A DNA stretch of 64,000 nucleotides from Bacillota bacterium (GTDB taxonomy: Bacteria; Bacillota; Dethiobacteria; DTU022; UBA8154), in assembly GCA_012798755.1 (NCBI GenBank), contig JAAZMP010000098.1, positions 89,016-153,015 of the forward strand, given 5' to 3'. Position numbers and translations under genes: made by a program. The notes under the pieces were generated by a model, which was not told the origin of the DNA, did no database searches, and worked only from the letters and a program-made list of their open reading frames with translations. Shown one piece after another: positions 1 to 8,552 of the stretch (the first letter of the stretch is position 1; the number at the start of each line of letters is the position of its first letter).

Positions 1-114
1 ATTTAAGAAGTTTAAATATTTCTTCAAATCACGTTGATAAGACTCTAAGGTATTTTTGGCCAGTCCTCTTTCTACAGAAAGAAAGTAGATAAAATCCTTT
101 AAAGTCCTTTCCAT
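1..114 (-). CDS. xerD: Tyrosine recombinase XerD, N-terminal 38 codons only; the gene runs off the window start
   Basis: Reverse-complement of 1..114 translates MERTLKDFIYFLSVERGLAKNTLESYQRDLKKYLNFLN, a typical XerC/XerD N-terminal SAM-like domain start. ATG at 114..112. Confidence 0.6.
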   Translation of the reverse strand, partial: MERTLKDFIYFLSVERGLAKNTLESYQRDLKKYLNFLN

Positions 115-229
115 CCACTATTATCCCCTTCAACTAAAATCCAACAATTCTTATAACTTATTCCACATACTTATGTAAAACCCTTTTTTTTGAAAAACAA
201 TTTGCCTCCTCAATACAAAATTTTGTTAT

Positions 230-922
230 TTAAACAAGTTTAATTGCCATACGCATAAAAACCGGGGTAATGTATGCTTCCACCAATCCGCCCAGTACAA
301 CTAATATAAGAATAATAAGCATGAAATAGCAATATTCACGATGATATTTATTTCTGTTGACCTGTCTTTGGCCCAACCGATTTTTAAATTTTAAAATAGA
401 TAAAGTTAAAGCTGTTGCTGAAGCCAGAATGTATGCAGGAACCAGAAAAAAATTATGGGGTAATAAAGCCGCCAAAGAAAATACCAATCCTTTCAGTGAA
501 GAACGGTAAACAATAAAAGCAGTAGTAAAACCTAGAGCTATTCCTTTAAGAATTAATACAAAAAGTACGAAAGGAAAACCCAGCCATAAAAAACCTAACA
601 CCCAAACAGTAAAATGAAAAAGAATATTTTTTTTAAAAGAAGCCTTGAACAGATCTCCAGGTAAAAGCAAATCAGAACAGCCATTTTTTAGACTTTCTAA
701 AAAATATGATATGGTTGTACCAAGTTCTATCAGTTGGCTTTCAGCCAAAATCCGTACCAGAACAGAACCCATAATTATTCCTGCCAGAAAAAAGAGCACC
801 ACAAGCGTATATATGCCCAAATTTTCCTTAACATATTCCCAAAAAGCCCTGCGTAGCTGTTTAAACATTTCAAGCGTAACCTCTTCAGTTTGTCCTTTTA
901 ATAATAAATATGTTATAGACAA
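230..922 (-). CDS. spoIIM: Stage II sporulation protein M (SpoIIM), polytopic membrane protein
   Basis: 230 aa multi-TM protein resembling B. subtilis SpoIIM in its central and C-terminal helices. It lies next to xerD, as in Bacilli. Confidence 0.6.
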   Translation of the reverse strand: MSITYLLLKGQTEEVTLEMFKQLRRAFWEYVKENLGIYTLVVLFFLAGIIMGSVLVRILAESQLIELGTTISYFLESLKNGCSDLLLPGDLFKASFKKNILFHFTVWVLGFLWLGFPFVLFVLILKGIALGFTTAFIVYRSSLKGLVFSLAALLPHNFFLVPAYILASATALTLSILKFKNRLGQRQVNRNKYHREYCYFMLIILILVVLGGLVEAYITPVFMRMAIKLV

Positions 923-941
923 GACTAATATGTTTTTTGGG

Positions 942-2021
942 TTAGTTAATTATTTTTTCTGTAAAGCAGGCTGCGCAGATTACCGTGAAGAAGAAAGCGG
1001 GATCCTGTTTGATTCCCCGGCCCATAGTTTGGAGATGTCGATCATTTTTCCAATTTAGTGTCATATTCCTGGGACGGTTGACTATAGTGATTTTATGCTT
1101 TTCCAACAGCCCGGATGTTTTAAGCTGTTCATAAATTATTAACAGTTTAGCCTTATCCAAAGGTGGCAGCGGCAAATGGGCACTTTGTGAAGCGATCTCA
1201 CCTAAGGCTGTTAAAGTATGGTGGCTCAAACCAAAATGTCTCCTCCGCAAATCGCTGAAGCTAATTCTGGGAATAACCACGGGAACACCTTGCATCTTTC
1301 GCACCCTATCAATATGTTCTCCCTGTTCAATGCCACTGTAACCATAACGCGTAGAGGTACCTACCACGCCTGGCCCAGGCGTAAGAAGAATAACATCGGC
1401 TTTAAGTTTGTTTTTAGCGGCAATCAAAGCAGTGTAAATATTTACTGTCTCCAAATCTCCCCCGAAAGCATGTCCGCAGGTTACAGATCCTTCGATTAAA
1501 GAATCATTTTTCAAATGAAACACTGTATTGCTCAAATACAGGGGAAGAGAGGCGCTGTCAGTCATAACATAGGCAATTTTTACATCTGGTTTTAATTTCT
1601 TCAAAGTTAAAATAAAAGGGGCTATCATGCTATGCAATTCACCGATAACAACAGGCGTACCTTTTAATTCCCGGTAGAAATTGTTTGGCGGATGCAACCC
1701 TTTTTCCGCTAATGATTCTTCATAAGTTTTTACTTTGCATTGTAAAGGAGTATATCTTAATTTCATGATATGCCCCCCGGGACTTAAAGATAGTTTTTTA
1801 GATGTACAATTAGCAATCACAAAGTGATACCCGCCACTTCCCAGCCCCAGTTCAACTGCAGTAGTATTTAAAATCACCTCCTGCCCCGGTAAAGCCGTAC
1901 CGGTAAGATAAGGATAGTTTAATGCTTTTTCCTTTTTACCTTCAAACTTTACTTCGAGACATTGAATTCCTTTTCTAAACCAGATGATTCTTTTCACAAT
2001 TCCGGTTTCCGTGCTGATCAT
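942..2021 (-). CDS. DUF3866 family protein
   Basis: 359 aa. Motifs IGELHSMIAPF...YVMTDSASLP...CGHAFGGDLETVN match my recollection of the DUF3866 family, which is common in Clostridia. Confidence 0.45.
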   Translation of the reverse strand: MISTETGIVKRIIWFRKGIQCLEVKFEGKKEKALNYPYLTGTALPGQEVILNTTAVELGLGSGGYHFVIANCTSKKLSLSPGGHIMKLRYTPLQCKVKTYEESLAEKGLHPPNNFYRELKGTPVVIGELHSMIAPFILTLKKLKPDVKIAYVMTDSASLPLYLSNTVFHLKNDSLIEGSVTCGHAFGGDLETVNIYTALIAAKNKLKADVILLTPGPGVVGTSTRYGYSGIEQGEHIDRVRKMQGVPVVIPRISFSDLRRRHFGLSHHTLTALGEIASQSAHLPLPPLDKAKLLIIYEQLKTSGLLEKHKITIVNRPRNMTLNWKNDRHLQTMGRGIKQDPAFFFTVICAACFTEKIIN

Positions 2022-2186
2022 GACAGCGAAAATTACCCTCCTTGCATCCTTGCTACAATGGAAAATCTATAACTTTTTAAAGCATATAAACAAAGATCTG
2101 TCTGGCAGGGTGCTAAGGATTTTTGAGAAATCATAGCATCAAAAATGTTTTACTGCTTCAGACATAATAACAATTCCCAGGATTTT

Positions 2187-2241
2187 GCGCCGGCATTTGA
2201 AACCTCAGCCGCCGGCATTTGACACAACCGCCGCCGGGCGC
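2187..2241. repeat. GC-rich direct repeats GCCGGCATTTGA x2 (23-nt period) plus GCCGCCGGGCGCC, in the intergenic region upstream of the DUF3866 gene
   Basis: The 12-mer occurs at 2189..2200 and 2212..2223, followed by GCCGCCGGGCGCC at 2229..2241. This is a local GC island in an AT-rich intergenic spacer. Confidence 0.5.
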
Positions 2242-2288
2242 CTGGGATAACTGCTTTAATAATACCAGCCGGGCGAAATGTTGGGTAG

Positions 2289-3068
2289 TTATAAACATTC
2301 AACCTTATCTTTTAGCTTTTCCAGGAAAACACTTAAAGAATATTTCTCCAAATAGTAATGCAAAAACAACAACAAAATAATAAACAATGCAATCCAAACT
2401 GTTGTGAACCTAAAAATGAGGGGAAAGCCGAGCGCCCCTCCTAGAAAATAAGCCCCCGCATCTCCAAGCATAACTTTAGCATTAAGTTCCCAAAAAAGGT
2501 AAGTATACAAAACCCCCCAAAGTGGAAACAAAGTAAAACATATTTCCTTAAAAAAAATCATAAAAACCAAAGAAAAAATTAAAAACATTCCGGATGCCCG
2601 AACCGGCCTGGTATCAAGGAAATTAAAAAAATTGGAGAAAAGCGCTAAAAACGTCCCTTTTAAGAGGCATTCCGTCCAGCCTCCCCCCCCTGCCAAAAAA
2701 GAAATTGATATTCCGCAAAAAAACCCGCCGGCAGCTTTGCATAACCCCGTAGAAATCTTCCCTTTTGCCCAAAATTTCCCTAGATGTCCCCGAAAGCCCT
2801 TACATTTGCTGTCGCCCCAAAGATCATCCGCCAAACCCAACATGGTAATTACGCCAAGGTAGATAATCATCAACCCATGGGGGAAAGGCTCTGTTTCTCT
2901 GTAAAATAAATACATCGGCTGGGCAGCACAAAAAGCTGCAAATAATATTATGCCCCCTGATGTTTTTATATTCTTGCCCTGGAAATTTATGGCTACATTC
3001 CTTTCTTTTTTAATAAAAATAGGAACTAAAAAGTGTGCCACTGCCACCGGGACCAGCACCATCGTCAA
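2289..3068 (-). CDS. Glycosyltransferase family 4 (MraY/WecA-like polyprenyl-phosphate sugar-1-phosphate transferase) membrane protein, short form
   Basis: Polytopic protein with an LGLADDLWGD motif and a GDAGAYFLG motif typical of the MraY/WecA family. It contains a G8 homopolymer (C8 on the + strand at 2683..2690). Confidence 0.5.
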   Translation of the reverse strand: MTMVLVPVAVAHFLVPIFIKKERNVAINFQGKNIKTSGGIILFAAFCAAQPMYLFYRETEPFPHGLMIIYLGVITMLGLADDLWGDSKCKGFRGHLGKFWAKGKISTGLCKAAGGFFCGISISFLAGGGGWTECLLKGTFLALFSNFFNFLDTRPVRASGMFLIFSLVFMIFFKEICFTLFPLWGVLYTYLFWELNAKVMLGDAGAYFLGGALGFPLIFRFTTVWIALFIILLLFLHYYLEKYSLSVFLEKLKDKVECL

Positions 3069-3119
3069 AGATAAAACAAGATCATCTGCTATCGCAATGT
3101 ACCTCCTTGAAGATTACTT

Positions 3120-3806
3120 CTATGGTCCGGCCGAAAATAAAAATTTTAGGATATCACAAAATTGTTCTCCCCTATGCAAAAAAGCGCTGTAATCATTTCC
3201 CCTGAAACGATGTTTCATATTTAGGGGGATTTCTTTTATCCGGAACCCTTTTTTTAGGCTTTCAATAGTTAAACTCACCTCCGCGGCGAATCCTTCGGCA
3301 TAAAAATTTATGGATTCCCAAAGAAAACGTTTCATGACGCGTTGACCCGAAAGAGGGGCTGTCATTTTTTTTCCTGTGTGGTACAAAATTCCCCAATAGG
3401 CAAGTAATTTTACCAGCCCCAATCCTGCTTTTTTTGTAGAACTAAACGAGGCTATAGCCATATCGGCCTGGTCTGCTAAAACGCAAGAGATCAGTTCACG
3501 AAACATGACGGCTGTATTTTTCAAATCCGCATCTACAAAAGCTATAAAATCACCTCTTGCCAGCTTTACCCCTTCACGCAATGCCCGGCTTTTGCCTTTG
3601 TTAACAGGGATACGATACACAATGGCTCCCGCATCCAAGGCTTCCGAAAAGGTGTTGTCTGTAGAACCGTCGTCTATTACAATTACTTCTTTTACTTCTT
3701 TCAGTTTATGAAGAGCCTGCACCGTTTTTCCCACCCACCCCTCTTCATTATAAGCGGGAATAATTGCCGACACTGTCATAAATTTATTCTTCAACCTCCT
3801 GAACAT
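3120..3806 (-). CDS. Glycosyltransferase family 2
   Basis: SAIIPAYNEE...VIVIDDGSTDNT...FVDADL are the GT2 (DXD) signature motifs. The true start may be the internal MTVSAIIP at about 3779. Confidence 0.75.
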   Translation of the reverse strand: MFRRLKNKFMTVSAIIPAYNEEGWVGKTVQALHKLKEVKEVIVIDDGSTDNTFSEALDAGAIVYRIPVNKGKSRALREGVKLARGDFIAFVDADLKNTAVMFRELISCVLADQADMAIASFSSTKKAGLGLVKLLAYWGILYHTGKKMTAPLSGQRVMKRFLWESINFYAEGFAAEVSLTIESLKKGFRIKEIPLNMKHRFRGNDYSAFLHRGEQFCDILKFLFSAGP

Positions 3807-4425
3807 CGTATTCCAGTATTAATTCCAGAAGTTTAATTTTGCTGTAGAATTTATCAATATTATAGATTATGGGGAAAGAAACACCGGCACTTGTTACATT
3901 CAAAGTGTTATCTTCATTTGCAACAACAATAATTAGTTTGCCCTGCCTTTTTAAATTTTCCAGTGAAGCTGCTAAAAAATTATCCGGATAACCCGATACT
4001 ATAATTATTTCGGTATCATCAGATACCATAAACGGTTCCTCAAAAGAACTTGCTTCCGTAAAAACAAAAGTAAGAAAAGAACATCCACTTTTTTCTAAAA
4101 AAACCACCAGTTCCTTTTCTACATATTCTTGAGTAACAACTTTTAAATTTGTACCTTTTAACTTATTTTCCAATAATAGGGGGTCCAAATATTTTTTCTC
4201 CAGCGATTCCCAGACAGCAAGTTCCTCTTGCAATCGTGAAAAAGAATGATACTGAGCCTCAATTTGATTCTTGTGGCATGAAATTTCATTTTTTAGCTCT
4301 TCAATAAAGGCAATTTGATGTAAAACAAGGGCTTTTTCCCCCATAGAAGCCCCAATCAAAATTCCAATTCCCAAAGCCAGAAAAACGGCAGCCAAAGAAA
4401 TGATACGATTTTGTTGCTGATCCAT
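3784..4425 (-). CDS. MctB-like (PF11382/DUF3186) membrane-anchored protein, the usual partner of SteA
   Basis: N-terminus IISLAAVFLALGIGILIGAS parallels the mycobacterial MctB start ISLRQHAVSLAAVFLALAMGVVLG. It sits immediately downstream of the steA-like gene. Confidence 0.55.
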   Translation of the reverse strand: MDQQQNRIISLAAVFLALGIGILIGASMGEKALVLHQIAFIEELKNEISCHKNQIEAQYHSFSRLQEELAVWESLEKKYLDPLLLENKLKGTNLKVVTQEYVEKELVVFLEKSGCSFLTFVFTEASSFEEPFMVSDDTEIIIVSGYPDNFLAASLENLKRQGKLIIVVANEDNTLNVTSAGVSFPIIYNIDKFYSKIKLLELILEYDVQEVEE

Positions 4426-4456
4426 TTCTGTTTTAATCCTTTTCTGTTTTAATCCT
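4425..4456. repeat. 16-bp tandem duplication (TTTCTGTTTTAATCCT x2) spanning the ribosome-binding region of the MctB-like gene
   Basis: Minus strand reads AAAGGATTAAAACAGAA AAGGATTAAAACAGAA ATG. The SD-containing unit is duplicated head to tail. Confidence 0.6.
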
Positions 4457-4470
4457 TTTATTAAATTTTT

Positions 4471-5595
4471 TTAACGGAGACCAAACCTCCATGAAAGGAG
4501 GTAGAAAAAGTGTCGTACAAGAGGAGATAGTGCGGCTAAAACAACTACCGGTAAAAGCGCGGCAACAAACAAAATAGATAGATACCGCCACCTTACACCG
4601 CTTTGATACAAATGCGCCAACCCCTTGGCATCTACCAACTTTGCACCTACTTTTAAACGTACCAGAAAAGTAGAGGCCATCCCTTTACGGCCTTTTTCCA
4701 GAAAATCGATCATATGGGAATGTGTACCTACAGCCACAATTAGTTCCGCCTTTTGCTTATAAGCTACCAAAAGTGCAAGATCTTCGCTGGTTCCGGGTGC
4801 CGGTATTATGCTTGCCTTAAGCCCAAGCTTTGTTATACGTTCCATGCCAGGCGCAGTGCCGTCAGGGTAAGCATGAACGATGATCTCATCCGCTTTTCTT
4901 AAAGTGCTGTCTCCTACACTGTCCATATCACCTATTATTATATGGGGCTTAAAACCCAATTCACAAAGGGCATCGCCCCCACCGTCAACGCCAATGAGCA
5001 CAGGCTTTATTTCTTTAATGTACGAACGTATTGTCCATAAGTCTTTTTTATAATTTTTCCCTCTGACCACAATTAATGCGTGTTTGCCGGATAATATGGT
5101 GTTTATTTCGGGTATTTTAAGATGGCCCAAAATTAGATCTTTTTCTTTCCGGGCATATTCCAAAGTATTTTGTACAAACAAATCCAACTGCTGCTTAATA
5201 TTCTTTTCCGCAAGGGAAAAATATTTTTTTAACAGTGTATTTTCCAAAACCCTTCCTTCCGCAAGTTTTTCACCGTTTAAAAAAATGTTTTTCCCGGCAA
5301 TAGTTATAATGCTTCCCTCTGTCACTCTGGAAAATATCTCTTCCCCTACCTTATCTAAAAGAAAAACACCTTTATTCAATAAGTACTTAGCGCCCCTGGC
5401 CGGATAATCTCCACTAAAGGTATTATGGGTATTTATTACTGCTTGAACACCTTTTTCCACGAGATCTTGTGCAGCCAATTCATCGAGATCCTTGTGTGCA
5501 ATAAGAGCTATATCGCCTTTTTCCAACCTTTTGCAAAGATGTTTTGTTTTCCAATCTTTTTTGATGGGGCCAATAAGGCTTCTGTTCATTAACAT
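4471..5595 (-). CDS. steA: Putative cytokinetic ring protein SteA (thiamin pyrophosphokinase-like catalytic domain)
   Basis: 374 aa with a C-terminal membrane anchor. The N-terminal domain resembles the TPK catalytic domain, and it is paired with an MctB-like gene. Confidence 0.55.
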   Translation of the reverse strand: MLMNRSLIGPIKKDWKTKHLCKRLEKGDIALIAHKDLDELAAQDLVEKGVQAVINTHNTFSGDYPARGAKYLLNKGVFLLDKVGEEIFSRVTEGSIITIAGKNIFLNGEKLAEGRVLENTLLKKYFSLAEKNIKQQLDLFVQNTLEYARKEKDLILGHLKIPEINTILSGKHALIVVRGKNYKKDLWTIRSYIKEIKPVLIGVDGGGDALCELGFKPHIIIGDMDSVGDSTLRKADEIIVHAYPDGTAPGMERITKLGLKASIIPAPGTSEDLALLVAYKQKAELIVAVGTHSHMIDFLEKGRKGMASTFLVRLKVGAKLVDAKGLAHLYQSGVRWRYLSILFVAALLPVVVLAALSPLVRHFFYLLSWRFGLR

Positions 5596-5688
5596 ACCCT
5601 CTGTTCTTAAAAAATAAGTTTCTATTTAGGACAAAATAGATCGCTTTCTTTATTAGTATGTATAAATTTGCAAATAAATATTGCAAAT

Positions 5689-5714
5689 AAAAAAAGGCGT
5701 TAACGCCTTTTTTT
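5689..5714 (-). terminator. Rho-independent (bidirectional-type) terminator downstream of spo0A
   Basis: A7-GGCGTTAACGCC-T7: a perfect 4-bp GC stem plus TTAA loop, flanked by A and T runs, about 80 nt after the spo0A stop. Confidence 0.7.
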
Positions 5715-5791
5715 AGCCAATACTAAGATATTGCACGTATATTATATAAAATTTAACCATTTATTATGTTTTTTATGCAATAGTTATTTTT

Positions 5792-6595
5792 TTAAGGAGT
5801 TTTATATTCATATTTTCTGTTTTTCAGGCGAATGCGATCTGCAACAAGAGCAATAAATTCGGAATTCGTTGGTTTCCCTTTTTCGGTATTGATTGTGTAA
5901 CCAAAAAATTTTTTAATGACCTCAATGTTATTTCTGGACCAAGCCACTTCTATGGCATGACGAATGGCTCTTTCCACCCTGCTGGGGGTAGTATCATATA
6001 TATCCGCAATCCGGGGATAAAGTACTTTAGTGACTGCCCCTAAAAGTTCGATCTCTTTCGCAACCATGGAGATTGCTTCTCGCAAATAAAGATATCCTTT
6101 TATATGAGCAGGAACCCCGACTTCGTGGATTATTTGCGTAATTTCTTCTATGTAATCTTCATTTTCCTTTTTTACGGGAGCGCTTTTTATTATATAAGAT
6201 GATGCCACCTTCTGACTTGGAACCTGAACTTTACCCAGCTGACGAATCCTTTCAGCAAGAATTTCCAAATTAAAAGGTTTTAAAATATAATAGGAAGCAC
6301 CTAATTCTACAGCTTTTTGGGTAATATTTTCGTGTCCAAAAGCTGTCAACATGATTATTTTCGGTTTTGGAGACAAATCCATTCTATTAAGTTCTTCCAA
6401 AACCCCAATTCCATCGAGATGAGGCATGATAATATCTAAAAGGACAATATCAGGTTGTTTTGATTTTATCAGCTCAAGAGTTTCCTTACCGTTATAAGCA
6501 TTTCCAACCACCTCCAGATCCTCTTCTTTACTTAGATACTCAGTTAATAATTCATTAAATTCGCGATTGTCATCAGCCACCAAGATGTTCAGCAT
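5792..6595 (-). CDS. spo0A: Stage 0 sporulation protein A, master sporulation response regulator
   Basis: Receiver domain [13 protein letters not shown]...[14 protein letters not shown] plus the Spo0A-specific C-terminal DNA-binding domain ([18 protein letters not shown]). Conserved spoIVB-spo0A synteny. Confidence 0.95.
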   Translation of the reverse strand: MLNILVADDNREFNELLTEYLSKEEDLEVVGNAYNGKETLELIKSKQPDIVLLDIIMPHLDGIGVLEELNRMDLSPKPKIIMLTAFGHENITQKAVELGASYYILKPFNLEILAERIRQLGKVQVPSQKVASSYIIKSAPVKKENEDYIEEITQIIHEVGVPAHIKGYLYLREAISMVAKEIELLGAVTKVLYPRIADIYDTTPSRVERAIRHAIEVAWSRNNIEVIKKFFGYTINTEKGKPTNSEFIALVADRIRLKNRKYEYKTP

Positions 6596-6638
6596 TTTAA
6601 AAAAAGCCTCCCTTTGTTAGGTATTCACCTTATAATTA

Positions 6639-6645
6639 TTCGACA
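6639..6645 (-). promoter_or_regulatory. Candidate 0A box (TGTCGAA) inside a sigma-H-like promoter upstream of spo0A
   Basis: Minus strand reads AAGGAATT-acttaccaatt-GTCGAAT about 45 nt upstream of the spo0A start codon. TGTCGAA matches the Spo0A box consensus TGNCGAA and overlaps a sigma-H-type -10 (GAAT). Confidence 0.45.
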
Positions 6646-6706
6646 ATTGGTAAGTAATTCCTTCTTTTTTATAAAATATAATTTAAAATAGTTACAACTA
6701 TGTGAA

Positions 6707-8071
6707 TTATGTTTTTAAAAAGCCGGAAATTAGTTCCATTTCTTTTACCATCCACTCAGCATAAATTCCGTATCCTCTGGTGGGATCATTTACAAACACA
6801 TGCGTTACCGCTCCCACAAGGCGGCCATTTTGAATGATGGGGCTACCGCTCATCCCTTGTATAATGCCTCCGGTGATTCTTAGCAAATTTTCATCTACAA
6901 CCCTTATAATCATCCCTTTATCAACAGGTTTGTTCTGATTGGTGATTTTTTCTATTTCGATCTTAAAACTTTGAATCGTGTTTCCTTCAATTACCGTAAG
7001 AATTTCCGCGGGTCCTGTTTCAACCTGAAAAGCCAGGCCTAAAGGAATGGCATCCGGATAGGGCGTAGCACATTTTTCGATATTTCTGATCCTGCCGTAG
7101 ATGCCAAAATTCGTGTTTTTATTGATTGTTCCCAGTATATCTTTTCCCGTTCTGAAAATACCTGCTTTTTCTCCCGGTTGTCCCCTTTCAGCTATTTTAA
7201 CATTGATGATATCAGCCCTTACAATGAGACCTTCATTGATCTCCAACGCTTTATTTGTATCAATATCCGTGATGATATGCCCCAAAGCTCCATAACATTT
7301 CTTTTCATTATCGAAAAAAGTCAAGGTGCCTACTCCTGCAGCCGTATCCCTGATATATAATCCTATTCTTTTTTCATGGCTGTTAGGGCACAAATAAGGT
7401 GTTATCTTTATCTTAAGTACTTCACCGTTTCTGTTTACAGTAAAAATTAGGGGCCCTTTTCCGGATTCAGTTTTGATGATTTCCGCAGCCGTGTCGATAT
7501 CCCTGATTTTTTGTTCGTTGATGGCTGCAACGACATCACCGATTAACACACCACTTTCTTCAGCAGGTGAAAAAAACCCTTTCCCTTTTTCAAGATAAAA
7601 ATACCCTGCAACGATTACACCTTTTTCATGAAGTTTTATGCCGATAGAATGGCCACCCGGAATTAAACGCATTTCCGGTAAAACATCAACGGTAAGCTGC
7701 CTTATTGGTATTAGGCCTTTAAAAAGGCTTAACTCCAGATTTACACTGCCTTTACTCAAACCCTGAAGGGAAATACCTTTCTGGAAAGCCAAACGATTAT
7801 ATTCATCGCAATTTATAGGGTTACCGTTAAGATTTAAAATGCCTTCCTTGTCAGCCCTGATATAAAGATTTAAGGGGAACTTTAGATCAAAGTTTTGTTC
7901 GTCCCCTTCAAAAAGACGAAGGTTTTTATCGAAACCGGCATTTATTTGAAAGTAAAGCAAAACAGCAAATAGTAATATAAAAGCCACCAAGAGGAAAAAT
8001 ATGTTTCTGTTCCTACTGTAATTGCGCATGAATATATAACCTCCCAAGGGCATGAAAATTTTTAAGAGCAA
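6707..8071 (-). CDS. spoIVB: SpoIVB peptidase (S55), the sporulation signalling serine protease
   Basis: PDZ and S55 protease domains. It lies immediately upstream of spo0A, as in B. subtilis. The true start may be the internal MRNYSRN at about 8029. Confidence 0.9.
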   Translation of the reverse strand: MLLKIFMPLGGYIFMRNYSRNRNIFFLLVAFILLFAVLLYFQINAGFDKNLRLFEGDEQNFDLKFPLNLYIRADKEGILNLNGNPINCDEYNRLAFQKGISLQGLSKGSVNLELSLFKGLIPIRQLTVDVLPEMRLIPGGHSIGIKLHEKGVIVAGYFYLEKGKGFFSPAEESGVLIGDVVAAINEQKIRDIDTAAEIIKTESGKGPLIFTVNRNGEVLKIKITPYLCPNSHEKRIGLYIRDTAAGVGTLTFFDNEKKCYGALGHIITDIDTNKALEINEGLIVRADIINVKIAERGQPGEKAGIFRTGKDILGTINKNTNFGIYGRIRNIEKCATPYPDAIPLGLAFQVETGPAEILTVIEGNTIQSFKIEIEKITNQNKPVDKGMIIRVVDENLLRITGGIIQGMSGSPIIQNGRLVGAVTHVFVNDPTRGYGIYAEWMVKEMELISGFLKT

Positions 8072-8350
8072 CTTTAAATTGCCTCTGAGAGATTTTTTTA
8101 TGCCTTATTGATCTATATAATTGTAAAAATAATATTGGGATAAAATAAAGATAACTGCTTGCTTATGTGCAAGGCGACATGCTATTAAAGCTATCATCCT
8201 AGGTGGCGGCAGCCATCTACCTTGAGCACCGGTAGTAGGCTTTAAGGGTTACCTATGTTCAAAGGGATAAAACATTTTTAATGCTGTAGTTTTTTGGATA
8301 CCCCAGCGTTTACCGGATACTGTTTGTGTTTACCCTAAGCAGTCGCAAAT

Positions 8351-8377
8351 AAAAAAAAGCCGGATTTTTTCCGCTTT
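8351..8377 (-). terminator. Probable recN terminator (imperfect hairpin with A/T runs)
   Basis: AAAAAAAAGCCGGA-TTTTTT-CCGCTTT: a bulged stem flanked by A and T tracts, about 180 nt downstream of the recN stop. Confidence 0.35.
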
Positions 8378-8552
8378 GTATGATTTAATGAAATTGCTTA
8401 TAGGTATCCTAAAAATGCTATCCCGGAAAAGCATTGCGAAAGCGCCGCGCTATTCGTTTTTCCGATGATGCCATTGAAAAAGGAGTAGCATGCGTAAAGC
8501 TGATCAGGTTATCATCTTTTTTAAATGCTATCGTATGCCATGTATAACTGAT

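Noticed and set aside
5480-5686. 68-aa minus-strand ORF overlapping the steA start and the spo0A terminator
   Set aside because: It overlaps steA's N-terminus in another frame and runs through the spo0A terminator hairpin. It has no homology signal.
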